Below, one piece after another: positions 39,865-51,300 of a stretch of 64,000 bases of DNA. Origin of the DNA: Okamejei kenojei. Taxonomy: Eukaryota. The notes below the pieces were generated by a model. It was not told the DNA's origin. It worked only from the letters and a program-made list of their open reading frames with translations, and did no database searches. Each line of letters opens with the position of its first letter. Position 1 is the stretch's first letter. The DNA lies in assembly GCA_035221665.1 (NCBI GenBank), contig CM069131.1:27590001-27654000 (forward strand). Direction: 5' to 3'. The position numbers were made by a program, and so were the translations under genes.

Positions 39865-40037
39865 ACTCTTACACCTCAGCAGGATGATTATTGAATTATC
39901 TAACTTCAAGTAACCCTTGCTTTCTCTCTCTCCCCATCCCTCCCCTTCCCAGTTCTCTGACCAGACTGTCCGCCTGATTACATTTTATCTCTGTTTGCTT
40001 CGTTGTCAACTAGTCCGAGCTAACAATGATCTATTCT
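39865..40037 (+). mobile_element. Penelope-like element 3' remnant (continues at 45476-45603)
   Basis: ...IELSNFK* resembling a PLE ORF end, then a pyrimidine-rich pLTR-type tract; resumes after the CR1/DIRS insert and ends in gaagaagggtctcga...ttctctccag. Confidence 0.5.
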
Positions 40038-40256
40038 ACCCTTTCTTTCATTATATGTCAGTCCCACCATCCCGGGAATTAACCTGGTGAACCTACGCTG
40101 CACTCCCTTAATAGCAATAATGTCCTTCCACAAATTAGGAGACCAAAATTACACACAATACTCCAGGTGCAGTCTCACCAGGGCCCTGTACACCTGTAGT
40201 AGGACCTCTTTGCTCCTAAACTCAAATCCTCTTGCAATGAAGGCCAACATACCATT
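40038..40256 (-). mobile_element. CR1 RT fragment hosting the DIRS (continues at 45360-45475)
   Basis: Joining both sides restores gccaacataccATTagctttcttcac (compare 434-459). Confidence 0.9.
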
Positions 40257-40632
40257 TTACTTCGGAGTCACGTGAGTGACTACGTGAAGAAGCCCCGCCG
40301 GGCGCTTGATCGGCATTACGTCGACGCTGACGACAGAAGCAAGAGCTGCAGAGCGCAGCTCCCCCCAGCGGTAAGAACGGGCCCGCAGGTAAGTGAAATT
40401 GATTTACTTTAGGGCGTTCTTAAAAACCGTTACACTGGCGTATAGAACCAGCAAAGTGAAAGTAAAAATTTTTACAAAAAATCAGAGTCACGCTGGCGTA
40501 CAGATCCAGCAAAGATAAAAAATTGAAACAAAATGGAGGTCTCAGAGGAAGATTTCGCGGGTAAAAAGATCGTCCCGGGGAGAGACTAAAGAGTCGGGAC
40601 AAGAGATTAGTGCGGAGCCGGTTCCGATACCG

Positions 40633-41772
40633 GTGGCCGTTGATTCACTCGTTAGTGAGACTATAATTCCTCCAGAAACTAAAACTACGGAGGAAAATGT
40701 GCCTAAGAAAAGTAAAAAGAAATCCGTGAGGCCCGTGGCTTCTGATGATGACTCTGATAATGAAAGTCCTCCGGATAATAAAGCTATATGGCTTAAAATG
40801 GAACGTATGGAGAAATTGCTCCAAAATATTATAAGACAAGGGTCAAAGAACCCAGAATTTTCCCAAACAGACCCTGAGGGGTTTGAATATCCAGAATATG
40901 GCTATGTTCCAAATTGGGAATATGAAACTCCAGACCCAGGATTAAGGGTGGAGGAAGTCTCCTTTGATGAAATCCCAGGAGTATCAGGGCTGCAAGAGAC
41001 AGACCCTGAAAGTGGTGATGTGGATTATGAGTGCACAACACAAATAAAAAAGAAAAGGTCATATGTGCCTGATATGGCAAAAGATTTTGCTATGCCTGAA
41101 GGAAGTGGTGAGGCTATGGAAGAAAACCTAGCTGCCAGCATTAATTATATGGTATCTCACCAACTTCAAGATTCTGTTATGGCTGAAACAGCAGAATTAT
41201 ATAAAACACCAGAAAATTGCACCTCATTGAGGGTACCTACGGTTAATCCGTCTATATGGACACCTATGTCATCAGTCATGAGAGGACAAGAATTAAGGTT
41301 TCAAAGAATCCTCGAACTGATTTCAGCTGCCATTACTGCCTTTGGAAAGCAAATGGAAGGGTCAGAAATGATCAAAATCCAAAGAGATACATTGGGCTTA
41401 TTGTGCAATTCCTTTTATGAAATCAATTGTATGAGGAAAATTGCGATTCGGCCCATATTTCATCCTAGATTTTCAGGTCTGTGCCAATCAAGTGGTGTTC
41501 AATCTCCTGGTTATCCATTTGGAGCAAACCTGCCTAAACAAATAAGAGAAATGGATGAAGAGGCTAAATCTATTAGCTACATGAGACCTTTCGTTTTTGG
41601 ACGAAAAAGGTACTATACACCAAGAAGGGGATCTGATTTTGGAACAAACAGAGGCAGGAGTATGGTAAGGAAATATTACCATCCAACACAGCCTAATGTT
41701 CACCCATATATGGGGAGAAGGAGGTACAAAAACTTTATTCTGTTCTTAAAGGAACTATGGACGAATCTCTAG
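40633..41772 (+). CDS. DIRS gag-like ORF
   Basis: 379-aa open frame upstream of RT, with PENCTSLRVPTVN; homologous to the decayed copy near 34080. Confidence 0.7.
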   Translation: MAVDSLVSETIIPPETKTTEENVPKKSKKKSVRPVASDDDSDNESPPDNKAIWLKMERMEKLLQNIIRQGSKNPEFSQTDPEGFEYPEYGYVPNWEYETPDPGLRVEEVSFDEIPGVSGLQETDPESGDVDYECTTQIKKKRSYVPDMAKDFAMPEGSGEAMEENLAASINYMVSHQLQDSVMAETAELYKTPENCTSLRVPTVNPSIWTPMSSVMRGQELRFQRILELISAAITAFGKQMEGSEMIKIQRDTLGLLCNSFYEINCMRKIAIRPIFHPRFSGLCQSSGVQSPGYPFGANLPKQIREMDEEAKSISYMRPFVFGRKRYYTPRRGSDFGTNRGRSMVRKYYHPTQPNVHPYMGRRRYKNFILFLKELWTNL

Positions 41773-43200
41773 TTGGTGGGAGATTACAAATGTTTTATGA
41801 TGAATGGCTTTGCATCACATCTGACCAGTTTATTTTACAAACGGTTTCAGGAACTCCAATAACATTTAAAGAAGATGTTGATTCTCCGGTACAATATAAA
41901 CCTATTCATGGTTTCATGTTCTCTGCTATTGAGGAAGCAGAAATTAATGTGGAAATTGACAAATTGTTTAAAAAAGGTGGTATTGAAAAAACTGTTGAGC
42001 ATCCACACCAATTTGTGTCAAACATCTTTCCAAGAGATAAAAAAGATGGTGGTTGTAGAATTATTCTGGACTTTACAAACTTTAATACATTTGTCCAGTA
42101 TAAACATTTCAAGATAGAAATGTTCAACACTGCAAAACATTTGATATCAGCAGGTTGTTATATGGCTACAATCGATTTAAAGGATGCGTACTATTCAGTA
42201 CCAATACATCGGTTTTTCGGAGGTACTTAAAATTTAATTGGCTGGGACAGCTGTGGCAATTTAAAGCATTACCTAATGGGTTAAGTTCAGCTCCTAGGCT
42301 CTTCACAAAGCTGTTGAAGCCAGCTTTAGTACAATTAAGAGCACAAAAACACATTGTTATGGCTTATCTGGATGACATTTTAATTGTCAGTAATAGTCAG
42401 GAATCAGCTGGAAAATAAGTTTCAGCAACTAAACCTTATTTGAAAAACTAGGGTTCCTGATTCACCCAATTAAGTCCAAGCTGCAGCCACAAACAATTAA
42501 TTATTTAGGTTTTGTGATTAATTCAGTTACTATGTTAGTAACTTTGCCAACGGACAAGATTGTTGATATTTCAACTGTATGTTGGGGCCTCATTCACAAA
42601 CCTTATCCCTCCATCCGAGAAGTAGCAAAGGTTATTGGTAAATTAGTAGCAGCATTTCCTGCAGTGGAATTTGGTCCATTACATTACCAAAACCTTCAAA
42701 GGGACAAAATGCAAGCTTTAAAAAAGCGAGCAGGCCATTTTGATAGGCCTATGCAATTAACAAAAGAAGCTTTATTGGAATTACAATGGAGGATTGAAAA
42801 TGTTCCACATGCTGCTAAAAACATTTTAATATAGCATCCTGAAGCATTTTTACAAACAGATGCAAGTGCTTTCGGATGGGGGGCGACAGATAAATTTACC
42901 AGCTGTGGGGGCAGGTGGACTGTCCAAGAGGAATTGTTTCTCCAAACATATGGTATTAAATATTTGGAGTTATTGGGAGCATTTTATGCATTAAAAGCCT
43001 ATTGTTCTACAAAAAAAGGATCTGCATGTCCAGGTACAATTAGACAATAAGACAGCTGTTACATATATTAATCACATGGGTGGAGTAAGATCGGTATCAT
43101 GTGATTGTCTGGTCAATCAGATATGGCATTGGTGTATTGAGCGCTAAATTTGGGTTTCAGCAAGTTATATCCCAGGTAAAGACAATGTGGTGGCAGACAA
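41757..43200 (+). pseudogene. DIRS reverse transcriptase / RNase H (disrupted)
   Basis: VGGRL, KKDGGCRIILD, IDLKDAYY, LPNGLSSAP, YLDD; RNase H LQTDAS, LELL, LDNKTAV; contains stops and frameshifts. Confidence 0.9.
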
Positions 43201-43645
43201 CAGATCAAGGGTATTTAAAGACAACACAGAATGGATGTTGAACCCACAAGTTTTCAGTAAAATTGTTATTCTCTATGGGTTACCAGACATTGATCTGTTT
43301 GCATCAAGATTAAATCATCAATTGCCTAAATATGTGTCTTGGGAACCCGATCCAGGTGCGGTAGCAGTAGATGCATTTTCGCTACATTGGGGAAATATGT
43401 TCTTTTATGCTTTCCCTCCATTTGGCCTGGTTAGGCAATGTCTTAAGAAAATAGAACAAGATTCTGCCACAGGACTGTTGGTGATTCCAAATTGGCCCAC
43501 ACAACCATGGTTCCCGTTGATGTTAAATATGATTAAGGAACCATGTATGTCAATTCCTAGCTGCAGTGATTTGTCAATACAACCAGTAACAAAAGAAATT
43601 CATCCATTACATGTTCATATGAATTTGTTAATCTGCAGGTTTTGA
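43187..43645 (+). CDS. DIRS Dam-like N6-adenine methyltransferase domain
   Basis: IDLFASRLN (SAM-binding motif I-like), DAF, YAFPPF (motif IV-like), PNWPTQPWF. Confidence 0.8.
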   Translation: MVADNRSRVFKDNTEWMLNPQVFSKIVILYGLPDIDLFASRLNHQLPKYVSWEPDPGAVAVDAFSLHWGNMFFYAFPPFGLVRQCLKKIEQDSATGLLVIPNWPTQPWFPLMLNMIKEPCMSIPSCSDLSIQPVTKEIHPLHVHMNLLICRF

Positions 43646-44630
43646 CCAGACCACTACAAGGGCTTGGACTGTCGGATAGGACCATGGATGTTATAGTCTC
43701 ATCCTGGCGAGATAGCACTAAGAAACAATATATGACACAAATAAAGAAATGGGAAGTTTTTTGTAGACAATCAAATATATCTTATCATACTGTGAATATT
43801 TCAAACATATTGGAGTTCCTTGCTGAGTTGTATTTTGAGCAGCACTTGAGTTATAGTGCCATTAATAGTGCTCGTAGTGCTTTATCGTCCTATTTAGGAC
43901 AAATTTCTAACCATGAATCAATTGGATCTCATCCATTAATATCCAGGTTTATGAAAGGAATTTTTAACAAAAATCCGCCCAAGCCAATATATATAGAAAT
44001 TTGGGATGTCAGCATTGTACTTACTTTGCTTAGGCAATGGACTCCAATCACAGTAATGTCTTTGAAAAAATTAACATTTAAAGTAGTAATGTTAATGGCG
44101 TTGGTATCAGCACAAAGAGTGCAAACATTACAAATGCTACGTTTAGATTGTATGCATATATCGGGACTAGGGGAAAACAAATGGTCGGCACGGACTGGAA
44201 GGGCCGAGAGGGCCTGTTTCCGTGCTGTAATTGTTATATGGTTACATGGTTATATGGCTTCAGATAACATTGTGTTTTACGTTTATGATCTGATCAAACA
44301 AAGCAGACCAGGAAGAACTGTAGCTAAGGTAATGTTTCAAGCTTACCCTATTGATCCAACATTGTGCATAGTTAGACACTTGACTCAATATATAAAAGTA
44401 ACCGAGAGTCTTCGAGGTGATGAAAAAGCGTTATTTATTACACATAAGAAACCACACACAAAAGCATCAGTATAAACCATTTCTAGATGGTTAAAACAGG
44501 TGTTACTTTTAGCAGGAGTAGACACTGATGTGTTTAAATCTCACTCCACCAGGGCTGCAGCTACGTCCGCGGCGAAGTTACAGGACGTACCGCTCAAACA
44601 CATTTTAGAAGCCACAGGGTGGTGTAAACT
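43642..44630 (+). pseudogene. DIRS tyrosine recombinase (nonsense codon at 44473-44475, in-frame CR1 insert)
   Basis: SWRDSTKKQY, SAQRV (catalytic Arg region), KQSRPG; after the TAA the frame continues TISRWLK...FKSHSTRAAATS...GW. Confidence 0.88.
44158..44253 (+). mobile_element. 96-bp CR1 tail inserted into the YR gene
   Basis: Matches the reverse complement of about 11930-12025. Confidence 0.85.
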
Positions 44631-45604
44631 TTTTCAAAGTTCTACGATCAACCTGTTCTCACAATGACAGGCTTTGGACCTTGGTGTTGGGTTCACTGTA
44701 ATCACCTGCTTTGTTTCACTATCGATTTATATTATCGATTTATGTTATCACTTTATATCTTTTATCACTTTGTAGTGATTATCCCCAGGTATAAAAAAGG
44801 GGTTATTATTTGTTCTTTTATCATTAAAAGATTTATGAAATAAACTAAAACTGAATTCTGGTAAAAGGTTATTTACTCATTTATGTGTTGACCTAGCTGG
44901 ACTGTTGTATGGGATGACTCTACGACATAAAAAACTCAGAAGCTACAAAATCTTCACGTAGTCACTCACGTGACTCCAAAGTAAAATAGTAAGATAAAAC
45001 GAGAACTTACCAGTTCGAAGTTTGATCGTTATTTTATGAGGAGTAACGAAGAGGGATTACGTGCCCTCCACGAGAACTTACCAGTTCGAAGTTTGATCGT
45101 TATTTTATGAGGAGTAACGATGAGGGATTACGTGCCCTCCACTCCCGACCCTCATAAAATAAATGATCATCTGGTAGGTCTAAATCTATGTTGAGCCTTA
45201 CTATCTTACTCCGGCTATTATGTTCTGCGTTTTTCATGCCGCTGCTTTGAAGTATGCCGATCAAGCGCCAGGCGGGGCTTCTTCACGTAATCCCTCTTCG
45301 TTACTCCTCATAAAATAACGATCAAACTTCGAACTGGTAAGTTCTCGTTTAATCTTACTATTAGCTTTCTTCACTGCCTGCTGTGCCTGCATGCTTACTT
45401 TCAGTGACTGATGTACAAGCACACCCAAGTCTCATTGCACCTCCCCTTCTCCTAATCTGACACCATTCAGATAATGGTGCTTGAACTCCATCTCTGTTGA
45501 TGTCTCATTTTTACACCTTACACTTCCTTATCTCTGTGTCTCCCTCTCCCCTGCCTTTCAGTGTGAAGAAGGGTCTCGAACGTCGCCCATTTCTTCTCTC
45601 CAGT

Positions 45605-46168
45605 GTCATAGAGTCATAGAGTAATACAGTGTGGAAACAGTCCCTTCGACCCAACTTGCCCACACCGGCCAACAATGTCACAGTTACACTAGTCCCACTT
45701 GCCTGCGCTTGGTCCATATCCCTCCAAACCTGGCCTACCCATGTACCTGTCTAAGTGTTTCTTAAACAATGGGATAGTCCCAGCCTCAACTACATCCTCT
45801 GGCAGCTTGTTCCATATACCCATCACCCTTAGTGTAAAAATGTTACCCCTCGGATTCCTATTAAATCTTTTCCCCTTCACCTTGAGCCTACGTCCTCTGA
45901 TCCTCAATTCCCCTACTCGAAGCAAGAGAATCTGTGCATCTACCCGATCTATTCCTCTCATGATTTTGTACACCTCTATAAGATCACCCCTCATCCTCCT
46001 GCGCTCCATGGAATAGAGACCCAGCCTACTCAACCTCTCCCTATAGCTCACACTCTCTAGTCCTGACAACATCCTCGTAAATCTTTTCTGAACCCTTTCA
46101 AGCTCGACAGTATATCTTTCCTATAACATGGTGCCCAGAACTGAACACAATATTCTAGATGCAGTCTC
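45605..46168 (-). mobile_element. CR1 3' fragment (second subfamily)
   Basis: ORF 45689-46072 LGLYSMERRRMRGDLIEVYK...WNKLP; (CTATGACT) tail. Confidence 0.9.
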
Positions 46169-46170
46169 AG

Positions 46171-47443
46171 TAGGCGAGATCGGTCAAAGTCAGCACGGAT
46201 TTATGAAAGGGAAATCGCGCTTGACTAATTTTGGAATTTTTTGAGGATGTAACAAGTAGAATAGATAAGGGAGAGCCAGTGGACGTGGTGGATCTAGACT
46301 TTCAAAAAATCTTTGACATGGTCCCACACAAGAGATTAGTGTGCAAAATTAGAGCACATGGTATTGGGAGTAGGTTATTGACATGGATAGAGAACTGGTT
46401 GGCAGTCAGGAAGCAAATTGTAAGAATTAACTCGTCCTTCTCAGAATGGCAGGCAGTGACTAGTGGGCTGCTGCAAGGCTCATTGCTGGGACCCCAGTTG
46501 TATACAATATACATTAACGATTTAGATGAGGAAATTAAATGTAACATCTCTAGGTTTGCGGATGACGCAAAGCTGGGTGGCAGTGTGAGCTGCGAGGAGG
46601 ATGCTATGAGGCTGCAGGGTGACATGGATAGGTTGGGTGAGTGCGTAGAAGCATGGCAGATGCAGTATAATGTGGATAAATGTGAGGTTATCCACTTTGG
46701 TGACAAGAACAGAAACGCAGATTATTATCTGAATGGTGTCAGATTAGGAGAAGGGGAGGTGCAATGAGACTTGGGTGTGCTTGTACATCAGTCACTGAAA
46801 GTAAGCATGCAGGCACAGCAGGCAGTTGGCCTTCATTGCAAGAGGATTTGAGTTTAGGAGCAAAGAGGTCCTACTACAGATGTACAGGGCCCTGGTGAGA
46901 CTGCACCTGGAGTATTGTGTGTAATTTTGGTCTCCTAATTTGTGGAAGGACATTGTTGCTATTGAGGGAGTGCAGTGTAGGTTCACCAGGTTAATTCCCG
47001 GGATGGTGGGACTGACATATAATGAAAGAAAGGGTCAACTGGGCATGTATTCGCTGGAATTTAGATGGATGAGAGGGGATCTTATAGAAACATATCAAAA
47101 ATCTTAGAGGATTGGACAGGGTAGTTGCAGGAAAAATGTTCCAGATGTTGGGGGAGTCCAGAACCAGGGGTCACATTTTAAGAATAAGGGGTAGGCCATT
47201 TAGGACTGAGATGAGGAAAAACTTTTTCACCTAGAGAGTTGTGAATCTTTGGCATTCTCTGCCGCAGAAGGCAGTGGAGGCCATTTCACTGGATGTTTTC
47301 AAGAGAGTCTTAGCTCTTAGGGCTAAGGGAATCAAGGGATATGGTGAAAAAGCCAGAACGAGGTACTGATTTTGGATAATCAGCCTCAAAGGGCCGAATG
47401 GCCTACTCCTGCACCTATTTTCTATGTTTCTATGTTTCTATGT
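46171..47443 (+). mobile_element. CR1 RT and 3' end
   Basis: ORF 46231-46767 LDFQKIFD...QGSLLGP...FADD; (TTCTATGT)n tail. Confidence 0.92.
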
Positions 47444-48007
47444 ATTTATGCATTATTCTCCCTGCAAAATATCTTAAGCATGTTATAATGACATTTTTAA
47501 TGGGATAGTAAACTTTACCTAAAATAATCTTTTGCCCATTAAGAATTACTTTTATATTTGTGGATTGTGTTTATTCCAAAGTATTTGAAAGTATGAATAC
47601 GTTGGAATAATGAAAACAATATTTTTAAAATATTTATAAAGTTCACTGACACTTTTCTCTGATGCACTTGTGCTCTGCATGTTGTTTGAAGTACTTATCA
47701 AAATTGCACCTTTTGCTTTCTGTTTGTGACTCATGAGTATCTGTCCGCTTGAAGGCACTACTTACCAGCGATTCCCTGGAATAGTGAGTGTTTTTGCTTT
47801 GCTGCTGAATTCAGGCCCATCTGTTAAGATATTTTTGCAACTCCCGTTTCCACAAAACCTACTGCGAGGTGGTCTGCTGTATTGACATGTGGCCTTCAGT
47901 TTGTTTTGTCATCAAAATAAGTAAAAGCAAACTATGACAAATTAGAAAAAATGCTACAAGTCAAAGAACGGGATTTGCACAAAACAAGTTTTGAAGCAAT
48001 GAAGCAT

Positions 48008-48013
48008 TTTATT
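48008..48013 (-). terminator. JCHAIN polyadenylation signal
   Basis: AATAAA on -, about 110-200 nt downstream of the stop. Confidence 0.65.
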
Positions 48014-48214
48014 TGTTCAATGAAGATAAAAAAGCAAATGCAACTATATAAAGCTAAAAATGCATTAAGAAAACACAATGTGGTTGAACAATATCTGACA
48101 TGGAGGCCGAATCATGTGTTATTTCAGTAGAGGGCGCTGTAGGCTGTGGATTCCAGTGGCGTTTGGGATTCCACGCACCATCCATTTGGTTCCCCTGGTG
48201 TTTTTAGGCATTCT

Positions 48215-48311
48215 CTAGATGTCACGGCCGTAGCAGGTGTCTGCAGGGGGAGGTGGAGGTTTGCATTGGGGTTCTGTGGGTAAAGTTGGCTTTTGGTTGC
48301 AATTCTTGCAG
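48215..48311 (-). CDS. JCHAIN: JCHAIN exon 4 (coding part as assembled)
   Basis: ttttgttgcag| acceptor; CKNC...QC...TCY, then TAG at 48217-48215. Confidence 0.85.
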
Positions 48312-51300
48312 CTGCAACAAAATATATGATCAAAGATATATTTCTCATTAACAGTCATGGAGCTATGCCGCACAGAAATATGCCCTTCAGCCCAACTCCC
48401 TCATGCTAACCAACATGTCAAACTGAGCTAGCCCAGTTTCCCCTATCCCTCTGAACATTTTCTATCCACTTATCTGTCCAAATGTTTTTTAACTTTGTAA
48501 CTATATCCATCTCTGCAACACATTCTGGTAGCTTATTCTCTAAGCCCATCATCTACATGGAGAAAAAATATCCATCCTGTCCTTTTAAATCTTCCCCCCT
48601 CACCTTAAATCTATACTCTCTAGTTTTAGAATCCCTGGTCTGGGAATATGCTGTGATCAACTTTCTTCACACTCCTCCTGAGCACATATACCTCTATAAG
48701 GTCACCACTCTACCTCCTACAACCCATTTTATCTCTCTTTGTAACTCAAGCCCTCCAATCCCTGTAATATCCTCATAAATTTCTTCTATCCCCTTATCAG
48801 ATTAATGACATATTTCCTGTAGCTTGGCGAACAGGACTGCACATAGAACACCAAGTGTGGTCACACCACGACTTTTAGAACTGTAACATGATGTCCAAAT
48901 GTCCATAGTCAATGGAAATAGCTAACCAATGAAGAGAAGTGTACCAAACACCTTCACCCCCCCCCCCCCCCCCCCCCAACCATCCCCTTTCTATCTGTGT
49001 TGCCACTTTCAGGGAACTATGTACCTGTAACTCTAAGCCCCTGCATTCTACAATACTCTCCAGGGTCCTACCATTTACTGTGTATAACATGCCCAGGTTT
49101 AACTTGCATTAGGCACTTATCAAAGTTAAATTCTATCTGCAATTCCTGCAATTCCTTGTCTCACTCCTCCAATTTATCCAACTCCTGTTGTAATCTTAGA
49201 TAACTGCCTTCATTATCCACTACATCATCAATATTGATGTAGTCCCCAAACTTACTATTCAGGAGTTCCTCTTCTTGCCCTCCTGATTTCCTTCTTCAGT
49301 ATAGTCCTACATCTCTTATACTCCTCAAGGGATTCACTTGATCCCAGATGCCTATACCTGAAATATGCCTCCATTTTCCTTATCAGTGCCTCAATATCCC
49401 ATGTCAACCAAGGGTCCTTCATACTTACATTGGAAGAAAGCCATAAAAGGATTTAACTGTGTAAATATAGGTGTTCCCTATCATTTCATCTGACGTCAAT
49501 ACGTTAAACCAACACAAAATGAATGAAAACATGACAAAGAATTGTCTTGAAATTATATTTCAAATAAACCAAAAGATCCCCTTATGCATTTAAAGGAAAC
49601 TTCCACCAAGCTTCCATCAGTAATATCTGAGCCATGGGAACATGAACTGTCAGGAAAATTCTGGTTTTAATCTAAACCACATATCACCACTTATTTTGTT
49701 GTCCTTTCACTATTGTCAATATGCCATTGAGCACAACTTTGGAACATTGGAAATCATTCAGACTGCCATGTTTGTGGTGTCTCAAAATAAATGTGAAGTT
49801 CCTTTCCACTTCCAGCTTTTTCTCCCAAACTCTGCAAATTAGTCTTCTTTAAATATAGTTTCTATTGTTGTTGGAAGTTGCTCTTTCACATTATGTATAA
49901 TGATGTATCACAAATCTTAATAACCCTCGGTATGAAAACATTCTGCTAATTTCCTTTAGGGACAAGAAGGTCTGGAGAAGGCTCCTGACCCAAAACATTA
50001 CTTATCCGTGTTCCCCGGAGATGCTGCCTGACCCGCTGAGTCACTCCTGCACGTTGTGTCGTTTTCTGATGATTTCCTCAGTTGTTTTGACTATTTTACC
50101 CATTCACTTATCTGAGAAGATGGTTCCTCTGGCAATATTAAAAACCAAAACAATTCTGAATGTACCTTTAGGTCTCCTTTTTGCAAAAATGTTCAATTGA
50201 AGCTTTCATACAATGATGGAGTCATATTGAAAAACAGCAGGGAGGTAGGTCTTTTGGCTCATCAGGTCAGCAGCAACCATCAAATCCTAATTATTTAACA
50301 GTAATTCATTTTATTCTCCCCACATTCACTACTAACGCTTCCTCAGATTCTACCACTCTGAATCTCTGAGAAATTCACATTACTCTACACATTAGCGGTA
50401 ATAGAGAATGGCCTGGTAACCCGCCAACCTTCATGATTTATTAACATGGAGGAAACCAGAATACTCAGGATCCCACATAGTCACAGAGAAATAGTACAAA
50501 CTCCATGAAACAGCACCCGAGGTCTGGATCTAAGATCACAGGAGCAGAAGACAGCAGCTCTACTAATGACACCACCGTTCAGCCTGAGTTATTCAGTTGT
50601 TACTGAATATTCAGAAATGACTCAAGGAGGCCTGATTGTAGCATACTCCGTAGCTGTTGTTCCGAATTGCACCACGTAGTAAAATTTGAATACCAGATCT
50701 ATTTACCAGATGTCAGGTGTAGGCTGTGTTCTGAAACCTGCTCTAATTATATATAGCAAAAAAAGAGATAAAAATATAAATCATACAAATCTGAAATTTT
50801 GTAGACAAACTTGTTCCGAATAGGGGAGGTTGGATCTGAAATGTTCTCTCTGCTCCTCGTGGGAACTCTGCAAGAAAAGAACAATTAAGTTCCATTTTAA
50901 CATTACCAGAAATTGGCAGCCAAATGCTATTAAGTCATTCTGCACATGGACAGCTTTCAGCTGACAGCATGGACAGCTGTGATTGTCCAACCACATGATT
51001 GTTGATGTGGGTAGGCAATATCAGTAATTGAAGGAAGAAAGTCATGAATTAAAATAATAATTTGAAGATTTTTGCCTGTGGCCAAGTAGTAATTACTGCA
51101 GCAATAGAAAAGAAGGACATCCTGCATAATGATTGTACCCGTTAAGTAACAAACCTCACCTATAAAGGCAAGTTGAAACTGAGTCCGTTTTGGATGATAT
51201 AAGGTTGCTCCAGAAAATAATATGCAGTGAACTTTTAAGTCAGCGTGTAAATTGATTATCTCAGTGACTTGGAAATTATTCCAGGAAGTTGTCTTTCACA

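Larger units (their letters stand above)
40255..45362 (+). mobile_element. Full-length DIRS1-type tyrosine-recombinase retrotransposon
   Basis: Left ITR segment 40281-40316 is inverse to 45254-45289; ICR at 44951-45063 is complementary to both termini; ORF order gag, RT/RH, MT, YR; ATT at both junctions. Confidence 0.95.

Noticed and set aside
44951-45360. Repeats resembling a CRISPR array or phage att site near a recombinase and methylase
   Set aside because: Fully explained as DIRS ICR and ITR; no repeat-spacer periodicity.
48124-48348. 74-aa ORF as an independent gene
   Set aside because: It overlaps JCHAIN exon 4 and starts in the intron; only its 3' part may be relevant.
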